A stretch of DNA of 64,000 nt from an uncultured Actinomycetota bacterium (lineage in GTDB: Bacteria; Actinomycetota; Actinomycetes; Mycobacteriales; Mycobacteriaceae), in assembly GCA_963808375.1 (NCBI GenBank), contig CAWEFS010000008.1:16116-80115 (forward strand), written 5' to 3'. This document shows positions 38,026 through 49,327 of this stretch, piece by piece; positions within the stretch are counted from its first letter, which is position 1; the number at the start of each line of letters is the position of its first letter. Under the pieces are notes generated by a model, which ran no database searches, was not told where the DNA came from, and saw nothing but the letters and a program-made list of their open reading frames with translations. A program made the position numbers and the translations under genes.

Positions 38026-38819
38026 ACAACCTTTACCGCGAGCTGGCGCCGGTCACCGAGCAGGCGTGGGCCGAGATCGAATTGGAAGCGACCCGCACGT
38101 TCAAACGCCACATCGCGGGGCGCCGCGTGGTCGACGTCAGCGAGCCCGGCGGCCCCGTCGTAGCCGCGGTGAGCACGGGCCGACTCATTGACGTGCAGCC
38201 GCCGACCGACGGAGTCGTCGCACAGCTGCGGGCGAGCAAACCCCTGGTGCGGCTGCGCGTCCCGTTCACCCTGTCGCGCAGTGAGATCGACGCTGTGGAA
38301 CGCGGCTCCCAGGATTCGGACTGGGATCCGGTCAAGGACGCCGCCAAGAAGCTGGCTTTCGTCGAAGACCGGACCATCTTCGAGGGTTATGCGGCTGCCT
38401 CGATCGAAGGCATCCGCAGCTCCAGCTCCAACCCGCCGCTTTCCCTGCCCGCTGATGCCCGCGACATTCCCGACGTGATCACCCAGGCGCTGTCCGGGTT
38501 GCGGCTGGCCGGCGTTGACGGCCCCTACTCGGTGCTGCTGTCTGCCGACGTCTACACCAACGTCAGTGAGACCACCGAACACGGCTATCCGATCCGCGAA
38601 CATCTCCGCCGGCTGGTCGACGGTGACATCATCTGGGCGCCCGCCATCGACGGTGCAATCGTGCTGACCACTCGCGGCGGCGACTTCGACCTGCAACTGG
38701 GCACCGACGTCTCGATCGGATACCTCAGCCACGACGCCCAGATCGTGCAGTTGTATCTGCAGGAGACGCTGACCTTCCTCGCCTACACCGCAGAAGCCTC
38801 AGTCTGCTTGAGCGCCTGA
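38022..38819 (+). CDS. Family 1 encapsulin shell protein (Cfp29-like)
   Basis: ORF 38022..38819. ATGA overlap with the DyP stop. HK97-fold encapsulin sequence MNNLYRELAPVTEQAWAEIE... Confidence 0.9.
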   Translation: MNNLYRELAPVTEQAWAEIELEATRTFKRHIAGRRVVDVSEPGGPVVAAVSTGRLIDVQPPTDGVVAQLRASKPLVRLRVPFTLSRSEIDAVERGSQDSDWDPVKDAAKKLAFVEDRTIFEGYAAASIEGIRSSSSNPPLSLPADARDIPDVITQALSGLRLAGVDGPYSVLLSADVYTNVSETTEHGYPIREHLRRLVDGDIIWAPAIDGAIVLTTRGGDFDLQLGTDVSIGYLSHDAQIVQLYLQETLTFLAYTAEASVCLSA

Positions 38820-38916
38820 CCAAAGTCGGCTATCGAGTGTGCGTCGACGGAATCGAGCGTGCACTCAGGGCGGCGACACGCCGAGGAGCTGCCGCAGGGC
38901 ACGCACTGGGTGTGAA

Positions 38917-39591
38917 TCAGGCCGCCAGGACGGAGTCCAGGGCGGAGTAGAACAGGCCCAATCCGTCGTCGGACGGACCGGTCAGACCTTCGATGGCATG
39001 CTCGGGATGCGGCATCAAACCCACCACGCGGCCGCTGGCGGAACTGACGCCGGCGATGTCCCGCAACGAGCCGTTGGGGTTGCCGACGTAGCGAAACACC
39101 ACTCGCCCTTCGCCTTCCAGCTCGTCGAGAACTTCCTGCGGGGCAACATAGCGACCCTCACCAGACTTCAACGGCACCAGCACATCCGCGCCTCGCTCGA
39201 AGCGGGAGGTCCACGCCGTCGACGTCGACGCCACCTGCAGCCACACGTCGCGGCAGATGAAATGCAGGCCGGCGTTGCGGGTCAACGCACCCGGCAACAG
39301 GCCGGCCTCACACAGCACCTGAAAACCGTTGCAGATGCCCAAAACCGGCAGCCCGTGGCCGGCGGCGGCGACCACTTCACCCATCACCGGCGCGAACCGG
39401 GCGATCGCACCTGCGCGCAGGTAATCACCGTAGGAGAACCCGCCGGGCACCACGACCGCGTCGACGCCCTTGAGGTCGGCGTCGGCGTGCCACAGGCCGA
39501 CCGGCTCGGCACCGACGAAACGCGCCGCGCGGGCGGCGTCGACGTCGTCGAGCGTCCCCGGAAAGGTGATGATCCCGATGCGCGCCGTCAC
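38917..39591 (-). CDS. purQ: Phosphoribosylformylglycinamidine synthase glutaminase subunit PurQ
   Basis: ORF 38917..39591. Class I GATase with GICNGFQ nucleophile and HPE. Confidence 0.95.
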   Translation of the reverse strand: MTARIGIITFPGTLDDVDAARAARFVGAEPVGLWHADADLKGVDAVVVPGGFSYGDYLRAGAIARFAPVMGEVVAAAGHGLPVLGICNGFQVLCEAGLLPGALTRNAGLHFICRDVWLQVASTSTAWTSRFERGADVLVPLKSGEGRYVAPQEVLDELEGEGRVVFRYVGNPNGSLRDIAGVSSASGRVVGLMPHPEHAIEGLTGPSDDGLGLFYSALDSVLAA

Positions 39592-39827
39592 TGCGCCTCC
39601 CGCGTCACTGTCCAGTCTTCGATAACGGTGTTCGCCAACAACGATTCCGCGATCTGGGCGAGCTGCGAATCGTCGATGGTGTCATCGACGTCGAGCTCAA
39701 AACGCTTGCCCTGCCGCACGTTTGAGACGCCGGCGTGCCCGAGTCGACCCAGTGCGCCGACGATCGCCTGACCCTGGGGATCGAGGATCTCGGCCTTGGG
39801 CATCACATGCACCACCACCCGCGCCAC
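39588..39827 (-). CDS. purS: Phosphoribosylformylglycinamidine synthase subunit PurS
   Basis: ORF 39588..39827 (GTG, GAGGAG Shine-Dalgarno). 79 aa. 4-nt overlap with purQ. Confidence 0.9.
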   Translation of the reverse strand: MARVVVHVMPKAEILDPQGQAIVGALGRLGHAGVSNVRQGKRFELDVDDTIDDSQLAQIAESLLANTVIEDWTVTREAQ

Positions 39828-39926
39828 GGGCGCTCCTCGCTGTCAGAAGTCGAATTGCTTATCTTGATTGCTCCGCCGATTCTACCGGTTGGCGACCGCG
39901 GGGGCCGCTGCGCGCACAATCGAGCT

Positions 39927-40565
39927 ATGCAACTGACACACTTCGGCCATTCTTGTTTGCTCGCCGACTTCGGCCACACCACAATCTTGTTCGACCCGGG
40001 CAACTTCTCGCACGGGTTCGAGGGCATCGCCGGGCTGTCAGCCATCCTGATCACCCATCAGCACCCTGACCACGTCGACGCCGAACGGCTGCCTGCGCTG
40101 CGCGACGCCAATCCGGACGCGCCCGTTTACGCCGACCCGCAAACCGCCGCGCAGCTGGATAACTCGGTGCTCCCGGTGCATGTGGGTGACGAGCTGCAGG
40201 TAGGCCAATTGACCATCCGGGCGTTGGGCGGCAAGCACGCGGTGATTCACCCGGAACTGCCGGTGATCGAGAACATCTCGTTCCTGGTCGGCGACGGTGA
40301 GCATGCGGCACGGTTGATGCACCCCGGTGACGCCTTGTTCGTTCCCGACGAGCCGGTTGACGTGTTGGCCACGCCGGCGGCCGCGCCGTGGATGAAGATC
40401 TCCGAGGCCGTCGACTATCTGCGGGCGGTGGCTCCCCAGCGGGCCGTCCCGATCCACCAGGCGATCATCAACACCGATGCCCGCGGCATCTACTACGGGC
40501 GGCTCAGCGAGATGACCGACGCCGATTTTCAGGTGCTACCCGAAGAAACCGGGGTCACGTTCTAG
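39927..40565 (+). CDS. MBL-fold metallo-hydrolase
   Basis: ORF 39735..40565 trimmed to ATG 39927 (MQLTHFGHSCLL...). Contains the HQHPDH (HxHxDH) motif. Confidence 0.75.
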   Translation: MQLTHFGHSCLLADFGHTTILFDPGNFSHGFEGIAGLSAILITHQHPDHVDAERLPALRDANPDAPVYADPQTAAQLDNSVLPVHVGDELQVGQLTIRALGGKHAVIHPELPVIENISFLVGDGEHAARLMHPGDALFVPDEPVDVLATPAAAPWMKISEAVDYLRAVAPQRAVPIHQAIINTDARGIYYGRLSEMTDADFQVLPEETGVTF

Positions 40566-40578
40566 TCGTTCACACCGG

Positions 40579-41283
40579 TCAAGCTGCGTCCAGCACCGCC
40601 CGGTCGGCCAGCCACTCGTAGACGGTCGGCGCGGCTTCGTGCAGTAACGCCAAGTCCACCGCGTCCAGCATCGCCTGCAGTGGGCCGGTTTTCCGCAGAT
40701 GCGGCGCGGCCACCGCCACCCGCACGACACCGCCCCGGCGCGCGGTACGTTCGGCGGACATGACCAGCATCCGGCACCACCACGGCTCGGTCAGAAAACC
40801 TTCGCCGATGCCTAAGACCCGCCCACGCACAGTGGTCTGCCGGATCAGGTCGGTGATTCCGTGCAGCTCTGCCAGCAGTCGAAAACCGTTTTCGGGCAGA
40901 ACTTTCACCGTCCCCGACGACACTGTCCAGCCGGGCGCGGCGAATAACCGGGTCCGCAGTCCGAGATGCTCGAGCACCCGGTCAGCGGCCATCAACCGCA
41001 GGTTGGCCTCATGGGCCGGCAACGCCGCGAATTCACCGCGCCGCTTTTTGGTGGCCGCCTCGTCATAGCCGTGCAGCAAGACGGCGTCGCCTCGGCCGCG
41101 CCGGCCGGCCAGCCACTCCACGGTGCCGGGGTCGCGGTCAAGGCGGTATCCGCCTTTGAGCCGCGGCGCCACCAGCAGCGACACCGGCACTCCGCGTGCA
41201 TCCATCTGTCCGCAGAAGGCGTTCACGTCGGCGAGCGTGCGCTCGCTAATCCCCGACACCGAGACGATCAACTTTCCAGACAC
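40579..41283 (-). CDS. DUF2334 (polysaccharide-deacetylase-like) protein
   Basis: ORF 40579..41283. Pattern LIVSVSGIS...VSLLVAP...LLHGYDE...GEFAAL...FAAPGW is typical of DUF2334. Confidence 0.65.
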   Translation of the reverse strand: MSGKLIVSVSGISERTLADVNAFCGQMDARGVPVSLLVAPRLKGGYRLDRDPGTVEWLAGRRGRGDAVLLHGYDEAATKKRRGEFAALPAHEANLRLMAADRVLEHLGLRTRLFAAPGWTVSSGTVKVLPENGFRLLAELHGITDLIRQTTVRGRVLGIGEGFLTEPWWCRMLVMSAERTARRGGVVRVAVAAPHLRKTGPLQAMLDAVDLALLHEAAPTVYEWLADRAVLDAA

Positions 41284-41515
41284 ACCTTCATTCTGGCGAT
41301 CGCAGGTTGCCAGATAGTGAAATCTATGCGGATGTCGGGCGTCGGATCCGCTCGAAGGCCGGCTGAGCAGCTAATTCGGCAGCACAGCGTCGAGGGCCGC
41401 GGCGACGCCGCGAGCATCAGCGACCGGCGATCCGCTCATGCCCGGAAGGCGACCGTTGTGCCGAGTAGCCGCAAAGTAGCTTGGTGACCTACTTAATCTC
41501 GTTAGTCTGGCAGCC

Positions 41516-43096
41516 GTGGTGAACCGGGCCGTCGACTCGCAGTCGCCCGCTGAGCAGTTAACCGACGCGGAACGGACCTATCCCGATCGACTGGACGCGC
41601 GCCTATTGCGCATCGCCGGCGTATGCGTGATCGCCTCGGTGATGTCGATTCTGGACACCACGGTGGTCAGCGTCGCGCAGCGCACCTTCATCGCCCAATT
41701 CGATTCCACCCAGGCCGTGGTGGCGTGGACGATGACCGGTTACACCCTGGCGCTGGCCACGGTGATCCCGCTCACCGGGTGGGCTGCGGATCGACTGGGC
41801 ACCAAGCGGCTGTTCATGGGCTCGGTGTTGGCGTTCACCGCCGGCTCGCTGCTGTGCGCCGCAGCACCGAACGTCGAGTCACTGATCGGATTCCGGGTGC
41901 TGCAGGGACTCGCCGGCGGAATGCTGATGCCGTTGAGCTTCACGATCTTGACCCACGAAGCCGGACCGAAACGCCTTGGCCGCCTAATGGCGGTGTTGAG
42001 TGTCCCGATGCTGCTGGGCCCGATCTGCGGGCCGATTCTCGGCGGCTGGCTGATCGGCTCCTACGGCTGGAAGTGGATATTCGGCATCAACCTGCCGATC
42101 GGCGTCGTCGCCTTCATCCTGGCGGCTGTCGTGTTCCCGAAAGACCGGCCGTCGCCGTCGGAGACGTTCGATTTCGTCGGTATGCTGCTGCTTTCGCCGG
42201 GCCTGGCGACGTTCCTCTATGGAGTGTCTTCAATACCGGCGCGCGGCACGGTGATCGACCGCCATGTGTTGATACCCGCTGTCATCGGCGCCGCGTTCAT
42301 GTGCGGGTTCGTGCTGCATGCGCTGCGTCGCGCCGATCACCCGCTGATCAATCTGCGGTTGTTCACCAATCCGGTGTTCACCTTGGCCAACTCCGCGATG
42401 TTCCTTTACGGAGCAGCCTTTTTCGGAGCCGGGCTGCTTTTCCCGAGCTACTTGCAACAGGTGCTCCATCAGACGCCGTATCAGTCCGGCGTGCATCTCA
42501 TCCCGCAGAGCCTGGGCGCGATGCTGACCATGCCGATCGCGGGTACGTTCATGGACAAACGCGGACCGGGCAAGGCCGTGCTGGTCGGCATCACGCTGGT
42601 CGTCGCCGGTATGGGCACTCTTGCTTTCGGCGTCTGGCAGCAGGCTGCCTACTGGCCGACAATGATGGCCGGGCTGGTGATCCTGGGGCTGGGTATGGGA
42701 GCGGTCATGACGCCGTTGTCCGGCTCGGCGATGCAGACCTTGAGCCCGCACCAAATCGCCCGCGGCTCGACGTTGATCAGTGTGAACTTCCAGGTGGCGG
42801 GTTCGGTCGGGACGGCGCTGATGTCGGTGATCCTGACCAGTCAGTTCAACCGCAGTCCAAGCATCGCGGCAGTCAATCAACTGACGCAGCGAGCAGCCGC
42901 GCGGCACGGCGTGCGGGCGGCCCCGTCGGCGGTACCTCCGCCGGACTTGACGACGAACCTGCTGAACGAGATGTCGCGGGCGTACACGTTAGTGTTCGCG
43001 GTCGCCGTCGTTCTGCTGGCGTGGACATACATTCCGGCAATGTTCCTGCCACGCAAGCCGGTGGCCGGCCCGCGGCCAGCCGATCCGGTGCTTTAG
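41516..43096 (+). CDS. emrB: DHA2-family (14-TMS) MFS multidrug efflux transporter EmrB-like
   Basis: ORF 41516..43096. MFS motifs (GWAADRLGTKRL, LQGLAGGMLMP) and about 14 hydrophobic segments. Confidence 0.85.
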   Translation: MVNRAVDSQSPAEQLTDAERTYPDRLDARLLRIAGVCVIASVMSILDTTVVSVAQRTFIAQFDSTQAVVAWTMTGYTLALATVIPLTGWAADRLGTKRLFMGSVLAFTAGSLLCAAAPNVESLIGFRVLQGLAGGMLMPLSFTILTHEAGPKRLGRLMAVLSVPMLLGPICGPILGGWLIGSYGWKWIFGINLPIGVVAFILAAVVFPKDRPSPSETFDFVGMLLLSPGLATFLYGVSSIPARGTVIDRHVLIPAVIGAAFMCGFVLHALRRADHPLINLRLFTNPVFTLANSAMFLYGAAFFGAGLLFPSYLQQVLHQTPYQSGVHLIPQSLGAMLTMPIAGTFMDKRGPGKAVLVGITLVVAGMGTLAFGVWQQAAYWPTMMAGLVILGLGMGAVMTPLSGSAMQTLSPHQIARGSTLISVNFQVAGSVGTALMSVILTSQFNRSPSIAAVNQLTQRAAARHGVRAAPSAVPPPDLTTNLLNEMSRAYTLVFAVAVVLLAWTYIPAMFLPRKPVAGPRPADPVL

Positions 43097-43256
43097 GTTG
43101 CTCGACATCTACGCCCGTAATCAGCGAGATGCGTTGATCGATGGGGATCACCTTCTCTGTCTCGTGCAGTCAGATGAGCCCGGTCTGCAGCTGGCACCGA
43201 TCGGGGCTTCGGCGCCGCAGTGGAATCGCGACGAGTGGTTGGATCGCAACCGCGGC

Positions 43257-45380
43257 CTATAGCGCGGCGCCGCCGTACCGCTCGGGATCGACAGTCGCCA
43301 GCACCCAAGCGAATTGATAGGCAACCTCTTTCCACTGCTCGTAACGGCCGCTGATACCGCCGTGACCGGCACTCATCTGCGTCTTGAGCAGCACCGGTCT
43401 GCCGTCGGTGTTGGCGTGCCGCAGCGCCGCCACCCATTTCGCCGGCTCGACGTAGTACACCCTGGTGTCGTTGAGCGACGTCATCACCAGCATCGCCGGA
43501 TACCTGGCGGCCGTCACGTTCTCATACGGCGAGTAGGACTTCATATAGGAGTAGATGTCGCTGTCCTGCAGCGGATTTCCCCACTCCTCCCACTCGGTGA
43601 CCGTCAGCGGCAGTGACGGATCCAGGATGGTGGTCAGCGGGTCGACGAACGGCACCTTGGCCAGAATGCCGGCGAACAGTTCGGGAGCCAGGTTCGCCAC
43701 CGCGCCCACCAGCAAGCCCCCTGCGCTGCCGCCCATCGCCACCAAGCGCTCCGGCCGAGTGAGACCCGAGTCCACGAGATGGCGCGCTACCGCGACGAAG
43801 TCGGTGAACGTGTTCTTTTTCTCCAGTAATTTGCCGTGTTCGTACCACAGTCGGCCCATCTCGCCGCCGCCGCGGACATGAGCGATGACGTACACCACGC
43901 CGCGGTCGAGCAGCGACAGCCGGGCAATGCTGAACCGTGGGTCTTCGCAGATCTCATAGGCGCCGTAGCCGTAAAGCACCGCAGGAGCAGGGAAATGAAT
44001 GTTTTTGCGGTGCACGATCGATACCGGGATCCGGGTGCCGTCCTCGGCATAGGCCCAGTCGCGGCGTTCGACGTAGTCAGCGCGACTGTAGTCCCCGAGG
44101 ACCGGTTGCTCGCGCAACAAAGTGCGTTCGCCGGTCTGCAAATCGAGGTCATAGATCCGGGTCGGCGTGACGAACGATCCCGCTCCGATCCGCAACTTGG
44201 GTGAGTCCCAGTTCGGATTGCCACCGAGCCCGGTCGACATGAGCTCAGAGTCGAAGGAAATCTCTTCAGGGCGAACGTACTCGCCGCTCTTATCGATAGG
44301 CCACAGCTGAACCCGCGGCAACGCCTCGCGACGGTAACTGACCACCAGGTGGCCGGCGAAAGCGTCCACACCGTCCAGTCTCACATCGTCGCGGTGCGGG
44401 ATCAGGGTGCGTTGCACGGTCGGGTCGGCGACCGGGGCCTCCACCAGCGTGAAGTTCACCGCGCCGTCGTTGTGCAGAATCAAGAACCGATCCTGGCCAC
44501 CGATGATCGCGTGCTCGACGGAATACTCGACGCCGTCGCGGCGCGGCAGCACGGTGCTGAAGTCAGCTTCCGGGTCGGCCGCGTCCGCGTAGCGAATCTC
44601 CGAGGTGATCGCCGAACCGGACGCGATCATCACGTAGGCGTCGCTGCGGGTGCGCCCCACCCCAACCCAGAATCGTTCATCGGGCTCGTGAAAGACTTTG
44701 TGTGCCGGCAATCCCGAGCCGAGGCGATGCCGCCACACCGTGTCCGGCCGCCACGCCTCGTCGATCGTGACGTAGTACACCGTGCGACTATCGGTCGCCC
44801 ACGTGACCCCGGCGCCGATCCCGACGATTTCGTCGTCGTACTGCGCGCCCGTGCGCAGATCTCGGAACCGCAGCGTGTACCGCTCGTCGCCGACAACGTC
44901 GACGGAGTAGGCCAAAATATTGCCGTCTGGACTGACACCGGCCGCGCCCAACGCGAAATAGTCGTGTCCTTCGGCTTCGACGTTTTCGTCGAGCAGCACT
45001 TGCTGGCCCGGGATCTCGGTGTGCTCATCGAATACCGGCGGGCTCCAATCACCGGCATCGCCCACCGGGCAACGACATTGGACGCCGTACTGCTTACCTT
45101 CGAAGCTGCGTGCGTAATACCACCACTCGTCTCGTCGAATAGGCACCGACAGGTCGGTTTCCTTGGTGCGCGCTTTGATCTCGTCGAAGATCTTCTGCCG
45201 CAACGACTCCAGATCGACGGTGGACTGGTCGGCGTAGGAGTTCTCGGCGTCCAGATAAGCAATGACCTCAGGATCGGACTTCTCGCGTAGCCATTCATAG
45301 GGGTCGATGAACACGTCGCCGTGGAACTCGCGCCGGCTTTCGACCCGTTTCGCCACCGGCGGTACCGCACCGCCACTCAT
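43257..45380 (-). CDS. ptrB: Oligopeptidase B (S9A prolyl-oligopeptidase family), intact
   Basis: ORF 43257..45380. Beta-propeller N-domain. Catalytic [10 protein letters not shown] serine and a C-terminal GHGG region. It is a single ORF here, whereas I remember it split in H37Rv. Confidence 0.9.
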   Translation of the reverse strand: MSGGAVPPVAKRVESRREFHGDVFIDPYEWLREKSDPEVIAYLDAENSYADQSTVDLESLRQKIFDEIKARTKETDLSVPIRRDEWWYYARSFEGKQYGVQCRCPVGDAGDWSPPVFDEHTEIPGQQVLLDENVEAEGHDYFALGAAGVSPDGNILAYSVDVVGDERYTLRFRDLRTGAQYDDEIVGIGAGVTWATDSRTVYYVTIDEAWRPDTVWRHRLGSGLPAHKVFHEPDERFWVGVGRTRSDAYVMIASGSAITSEIRYADAADPEADFSTVLPRRDGVEYSVEHAIIGGQDRFLILHNDGAVNFTLVEAPVADPTVQRTLIPHRDDVRLDGVDAFAGHLVVSYRREALPRVQLWPIDKSGEYVRPEEISFDSELMSTGLGGNPNWDSPKLRIGAGSFVTPTRIYDLDLQTGERTLLREQPVLGDYSRADYVERRDWAYAEDGTRIPVSIVHRKNIHFPAPAVLYGYGAYEICEDPRFSIARLSLLDRGVVYVIAHVRGGGEMGRLWYEHGKLLEKKNTFTDFVAVARHLVDSGLTRPERLVAMGGSAGGLLVGAVANLAPELFAGILAKVPFVDPLTTILDPSLPLTVTEWEEWGNPLQDSDIYSYMKSYSPYENVTAARYPAMLVMTSLNDTRVYYVEPAKWVAALRHANTDGRPVLLKTQMSAGHGGISGRYEQWKEVAYQFAWVLATVDPERYGGAAL

Positions 45381-46270
45381 GCACCCGGTCCGATCCAGTC
45401 GTCGAAACGCAATCCGGAGATCCGTTCGTATGCCTCGATATAACGCGCTCGGGTGGCCTCGACGATGTCGTCGGGAAGTGGCGGAGGCGGCTGTGCGCCG
45501 GCACGGTCCCAGCCCGAATCCGGGCCGGTGAGCCAGTTGCGCACGAACTGTTTGTCGAAACTGGCCTGCACCACACCTTCCCGGTAATCATCGGCCGGCC
45601 AATACCGTGACGAGTCCGGCGTGAACACCTCGTCGGCGAGCACCAGCTTGCCGTGGGCGTCGATACCGAATTCGAATTTAGTGTCTGCGATGATGATTCC
45701 CTTCGTCAGGGCGTGATCGGCGGCCTGCACGTATATCTGTAGCGTACGGTCGCGCAGCTGGTTGGCGCGCACCGTGCCTACGATCTCGATGGCGCGAGCG
45801 AACGAAATGTTCTCATCGTGTTGTCCGAGTTCAGCCTTCGTCGCCGGGGTGAACAGCGGGTTGGCGAATCTGCTCGCTTCCCCCAGACCTGGCGGGAGCC
45901 GAATGCCGCACACGGTCCCGGTCCGCTGGTAGTCCAGTAGTCCAGAGCCGGTCAGATAGCCGCGTGCCACGCATTCCACCGGAAGCATCTCCAGTTGCCG
46001 TACCACCAGCGCGCGGCCGAGCACCTCGTCGGGAATGCGGGGGTCGTCGGGTGGCCCGGCCAGGTGATTGAGGGCCGTGACGAAGTCGAAGAAGAAGACG
46101 CTCATCGCGGTCAAGATGCGGCCCTTGTCCGGGATGGTGCTGTCCAGTACGTAGTCGAAAGCCGAGATCCGGTCTGTTGCGACGAACAGCAGATGCTCAC
46201 CGTCGATGCGATAAAGCTCGCGAACCTTGCCGCTGGCCAGGTGCTGGTAGTCGGACAAAGCGGGACGCAT
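45377..46270 (-). CDS. purC: SAICAR synthetase PurC
   Basis: ORF 45377..46270. Contains GKVRELY and ADTKFEFG motifs. 4-nt overlap with ptrB. TACGCT sits 6 nt upstream of the ATG. Confidence 0.95.
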   Translation of the reverse strand: MRPALSDYQHLASGKVRELYRIDGEHLLFVATDRISAFDYVLDSTIPDKGRILTAMSVFFFDFVTALNHLAGPPDDPRIPDEVLGRALVVRQLEMLPVECVARGYLTGSGLLDYQRTGTVCGIRLPPGLGEASRFANPLFTPATKAELGQHDENISFARAIEIVGTVRANQLRDRTLQIYVQAADHALTKGIIIADTKFEFGIDAHGKLVLADEVFTPDSSRYWPADDYREGVVQASFDKQFVRNWLTGPDSGWDRAGAQPPPPLPDDIVEATRARYIEAYERISGLRFDDWIGPGA

Positions 46271-46440
46271 CGCGTCAGCGTAACGGGCCGACAGCTACGC
46301 CGAGCGTGCGTGTCTGTACGCCGACACGCCGCTCACGAGGTACCTCTGCGCACGCTGGCGAGGCGGCGACGACGTGGACAGCCTGCGAAGTCGGCTGACG
46401 ATCTCAACCTTGAGCAGCGGGCCTGTGCTGGGATCGGGCT

Positions 46441-47082
46441 ATGACACTGCGGTTGTTGCCCTACGCCACCAGACCCGGCCGCCTGCTGGCCCAGCTTGTC
46501 AGCGACGCCGTTGTGTCGTTGTGGACTGCGGTGTGGGTGCTCGTCGGGGTGGCGGTGCACAGCGCGATCGCGACCATTGCAGAAGCCGGGCACCAGGTAG
46601 AGCACGGTGCCACCGGTGTGCAACGCAATCTCGCGTCAGCGGGACACAGCGCTGAACACATTCCGCTGGTAGGCGGGGCGGTCAGCAAGCCGCTCACCGA
46701 GGCAAGCGATGCGGCCCGCGACATCGCCGGGGCCGGGCACAGTCTCGACACGACCGCAAGCTGGCTGGCAGTGCTATTGGCGCTGGCCGTGGCAGCACCG
46801 CCGATCCTGGCGGTCGCGATGCCGTGGCTCGTCCTGCGGCTGCGATTCTTCCGTCGCAAGCTCACTGTGACTGCGCTTGCCGCGACGCCGGCCGGTGAAC
46901 AACTGCTGGCGCTTCGGGCGCTGGCGAATCGGCCGTTGCGCAAGCTGACCACCGTCAGCGCCGACCCGGTCGGCGCCTGGCGCCGGGAAGATTCGGCGAC
47001 CATTCACGGCCTGGCCGGTCTCGAGCTGCGTTCGGCGGGTATCGCTGTGCGCGCGAGCACCACCCTGTCTAACGGTGCATGA
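46441..47082 (+). CDS. Conserved membrane protein (Rv0779c-like)
   Basis: ORF 46441..47082. Two or three hydrophobic segments. Divergent from purC, as remembered for Rv0779c. Confidence 0.6.
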   Translation: MTLRLLPYATRPGRLLAQLVSDAVVSLWTAVWVLVGVAVHSAIATIAEAGHQVEHGATGVQRNLASAGHSAEHIPLVGGAVSKPLTEASDAARDIAGAGHSLDTTASWLAVLLALAVAAPPILAVAMPWLVLRLRFFRRKLTVTALAATPAGEQLLALRALANRPLRKLTTVSADPVGAWRREDSATIHGLAGLELRSAGIAVRASTTLSNGA

Positions 47083-48061
47083 CTCGTCCTAGCCGCAGCA
47101 GCCCGGCTACGACCACAATCAGCCACGCCGCAAGAGCATTCCAGAAGAACACCAACGACACAGTCTGCAACGAACGCAGCCGCAGCTCGAGAGCGGAGGC
47201 GAAGGTGGCCACCGAGTACATGCCGAGCGGGAAAACGAGCGTCCACCACACGCCGCTGAACTGCAACGCCTCGGGCCGTCGGCTGATTCGGCGCAGGCCG
47301 AAATAGATCAGCGGCGGTATCCATATGGTGGCGGTCGCCCAGGTGATCACGGTAAGTGTCCGAACACCATCGGCCAGCCAGCCGGAGGCGACTTGGTAGA
47401 TGTCATCGCCGGCCAGTGTCGCGATCGCGAGCGCGCCCATCAGAATCCAGGTGTCCGGTTTGAATCCGTCGCGGTCCTGTCGCTCGACAACCGCGCGCGC
47501 CAGAACCAGCCAGGTCATCAAGCCATAGATACCGATTGCCGACAGCCAGATAGGCACCGCAACCAGCAACCACCAACGGTGCCCGGTGTAATAGGCCACC
47601 CGCGCCATCACGATCGCCAGACCTGATGAGCCCACGCTAGCCAATTCCCACGCGCCATGCGCATGATCACGCAGCGCCGTCCACCCGTACCTAGACACAT
47701 TGCGCCCAGTGACCGCGATGAGGACCAGCCAGGAACCCAGCGCAACCGCACCGAGAATGCGCAGTGCCACCAGATGCGATGTCAGGCGCGTGTCGAGCAG
47801 CGCACAGGCGGCCACGAAAGTGAACAGCCGCAGCGTGACATCAGGGTCTGTCAGGTCCCAGGACGCAAATCGGCGCTTGACCGCGACAATGGCCGCCAGC
47901 GAGGCAATGAGGAACGCCAGACCGAGCGAGGCCAGCACGCCCAGCGCGTCGCCGATTCGCCAATAGTGGTGATCACGCGCGGCAATCGACAGGATTCCGG
48001 TGGCCATCACAACTGAGAACACGTCAGGCGTCGGCTCGAGATCGGCGAGCGAGATCCTCAC
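47069..48061 (-). CDS. TDT/SLAC1 (TehA-like) family anion transporter
   Basis: ORF 47069..48421 trimmed to GTG 48061, which overlaps the cyp126 stop (GTGA). About 10 TM segments, with [13 protein letters not shown] near the N-terminus. Confidence 0.7.
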   Translation of the reverse strand: MRISLADLEPTPDVFSVVMATGILSIAARDHHYWRIGDALGVLASLGLAFLIASLAAIVAVKRRFASWDLTDPDVTLRLFTFVAACALLDTRLTSHLVALRILGAVALGSWLVLIAVTGRNVSRYGWTALRDHAHGAWELASVGSSGLAIVMARVAYYTGHRWWLLVAVPIWLSAIGIYGLMTWLVLARAVVERQDRDGFKPDTWILMGALAIATLAGDDIYQVASGWLADGVRTLTVITWATATIWIPPLIYFGLRRISRRPEALQFSGVWWTLVFPLGMYSVATFASALELRLRSLQTVSLVFFWNALAAWLIVVVAGLLRLGRVMHR

Positions 48062-49323
48062 GTGGCGGCAAGCAATTCGACTACTAGGTGCCGGATGCCG
48101 GTATGCCGGTTGCTGCGGGTCCATTCGACCGGTGCCGCCACCCGGGCGTCGCCGAAGCGCACGAGCAGTTCCTCGAACAGCACCCGAAGCTCCAACCGCG
48201 CGAGGTTGGCACCCAGGCAGTAGTGCACGCCCTGACCGAAACCCAGGTGCGGGTTGGGCTTCCGGGTGATGTCGAATTCGTCGGGGCGATCGAATATCGA
48301 GCCGTCGCGGTTGGCCGAGCCCTCCCAGATCTGTACCTTCTGTCCCGGCTGAATCGACTGCCCGCCGAGAGTGACGTCGCAAGTGGCGGTGCGTCGTTTT
48401 GACGGCGACGGCGACGTCCACCGAACCATCTCCTCGACCGCGGTCGACAGCAACTGCGGATCCGCCCGCAACCGCCGGAACTGCGCCGGGTGCTCGGCCA
48501 GCGCCAACAGGCCGCCGGCCACCGCGTTGCGCGTCGTCTCCGCACCGGCGCTGAACAGCAGGCTGAAGAACAGGTACAGCTCGAGATCCGACAGCGCCGG
48601 CGTGCCGTCGTCAATCCCGGCATTGGCCACCACCGACAACAGGTCGTCGGTCGGCCTCGCGCGCTTGGCTGCGATCAGCTCCTGGCCGTAGGCGTACATC
48701 CGCGACCCGGCCTCCTCGACCGACGGTCGCGGCGACAACTGCGACACGTCAGCCTTGCGCGAGCCACCGAAGTCGAATTGCGGCTCGATCGACTCGAACA
48801 GCCAGTGCCGTTCGGACTCCGGCACCCCCAGCAGAATGCAGATCATCTGCATCGGCAGTTCGGCGGCGACGTCGACCAGGAAGTCGAACGGCTCGCCGGA
48901 CACCACCGCATCCAGCAACCGGCGGGCTCGGCCCCGCAGGTCGTCCTCGACTGCGGAGATCATTCGCGGCGTGAGCCCGGCGCTGACGAGTCGCCGGATC
49001 TGCGCATGCCGCGGGTCGTCCATCATGTTGAGCACCTGGCCGGCGATCGCGAGATCCTGTAGCAACGTGCCGCCGTACGGCCGGTCACCCCCGGACACCG
49101 ACGAATAGCTGCCGGGGTCCTTCAACACGGCGAGGGTTTCGGCATAACCGGCCACCGACCAGAACCCTTCACCGTCGGGGGTGTGTTCGGTGGGCTCATG
49201 CCAGAACACCGGAGCGACGCGGCGGTGCAGCGCGAACAGGTCGTGCGGAAAACCGTCGGCGAAGTTGTTCAGATCGGTGAAGTCGATCGCGGCAAGCGGG
49301 CCTGAAACGCCGGTGGCGGTCAT
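48058..49323 (-). CDS. cyp126: Cytochrome P450 (Cyp126-like)
   Basis: ORF 48058..49566 trimmed to ATG 49323 ([18 protein letters not shown]...). ExxR motif and heme loop [14 protein letters not shown]. Starts 4 nt after the purB stop. Confidence 0.85.
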   Translation of the reverse strand: MTATGVSGPLAAIDFTDLNNFADGFPHDLFALHRRVAPVFWHEPTEHTPDGEGFWSVAGYAETLAVLKDPGSYSSVSGGDRPYGGTLLQDLAIAGQVLNMMDDPRHAQIRRLVSAGLTPRMISAVEDDLRGRARRLLDAVVSGEPFDFLVDVAAELPMQMICILLGVPESERHWLFESIEPQFDFGGSRKADVSQLSPRPSVEEAGSRMYAYGQELIAAKRARPTDDLLSVVANAGIDDGTPALSDLELYLFFSLLFSAGAETTRNAVAGGLLALAEHPAQFRRLRADPQLLSTAVEEMVRWTSPSPSKRRTATCDVTLGGQSIQPGQKVQIWEGSANRDGSIFDRPDEFDITRKPNPHLGFGQGVHYCLGANLARLELRVLFEELLVRFGDARVAAPVEWTRSNRHTGIRHLVVELLAAT

Positions 49324-49327
49324 GGTC

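Noticed and set aside
41326-41487. 53-codon Arg-rich plus-strand ORF upstream of emrB
   Set aside because: Tail of a shadow ORF (40966..41487). Third-position G/C is only about 74%, there is no Shine-Dalgarno, and the sequence is basic and low-complexity.
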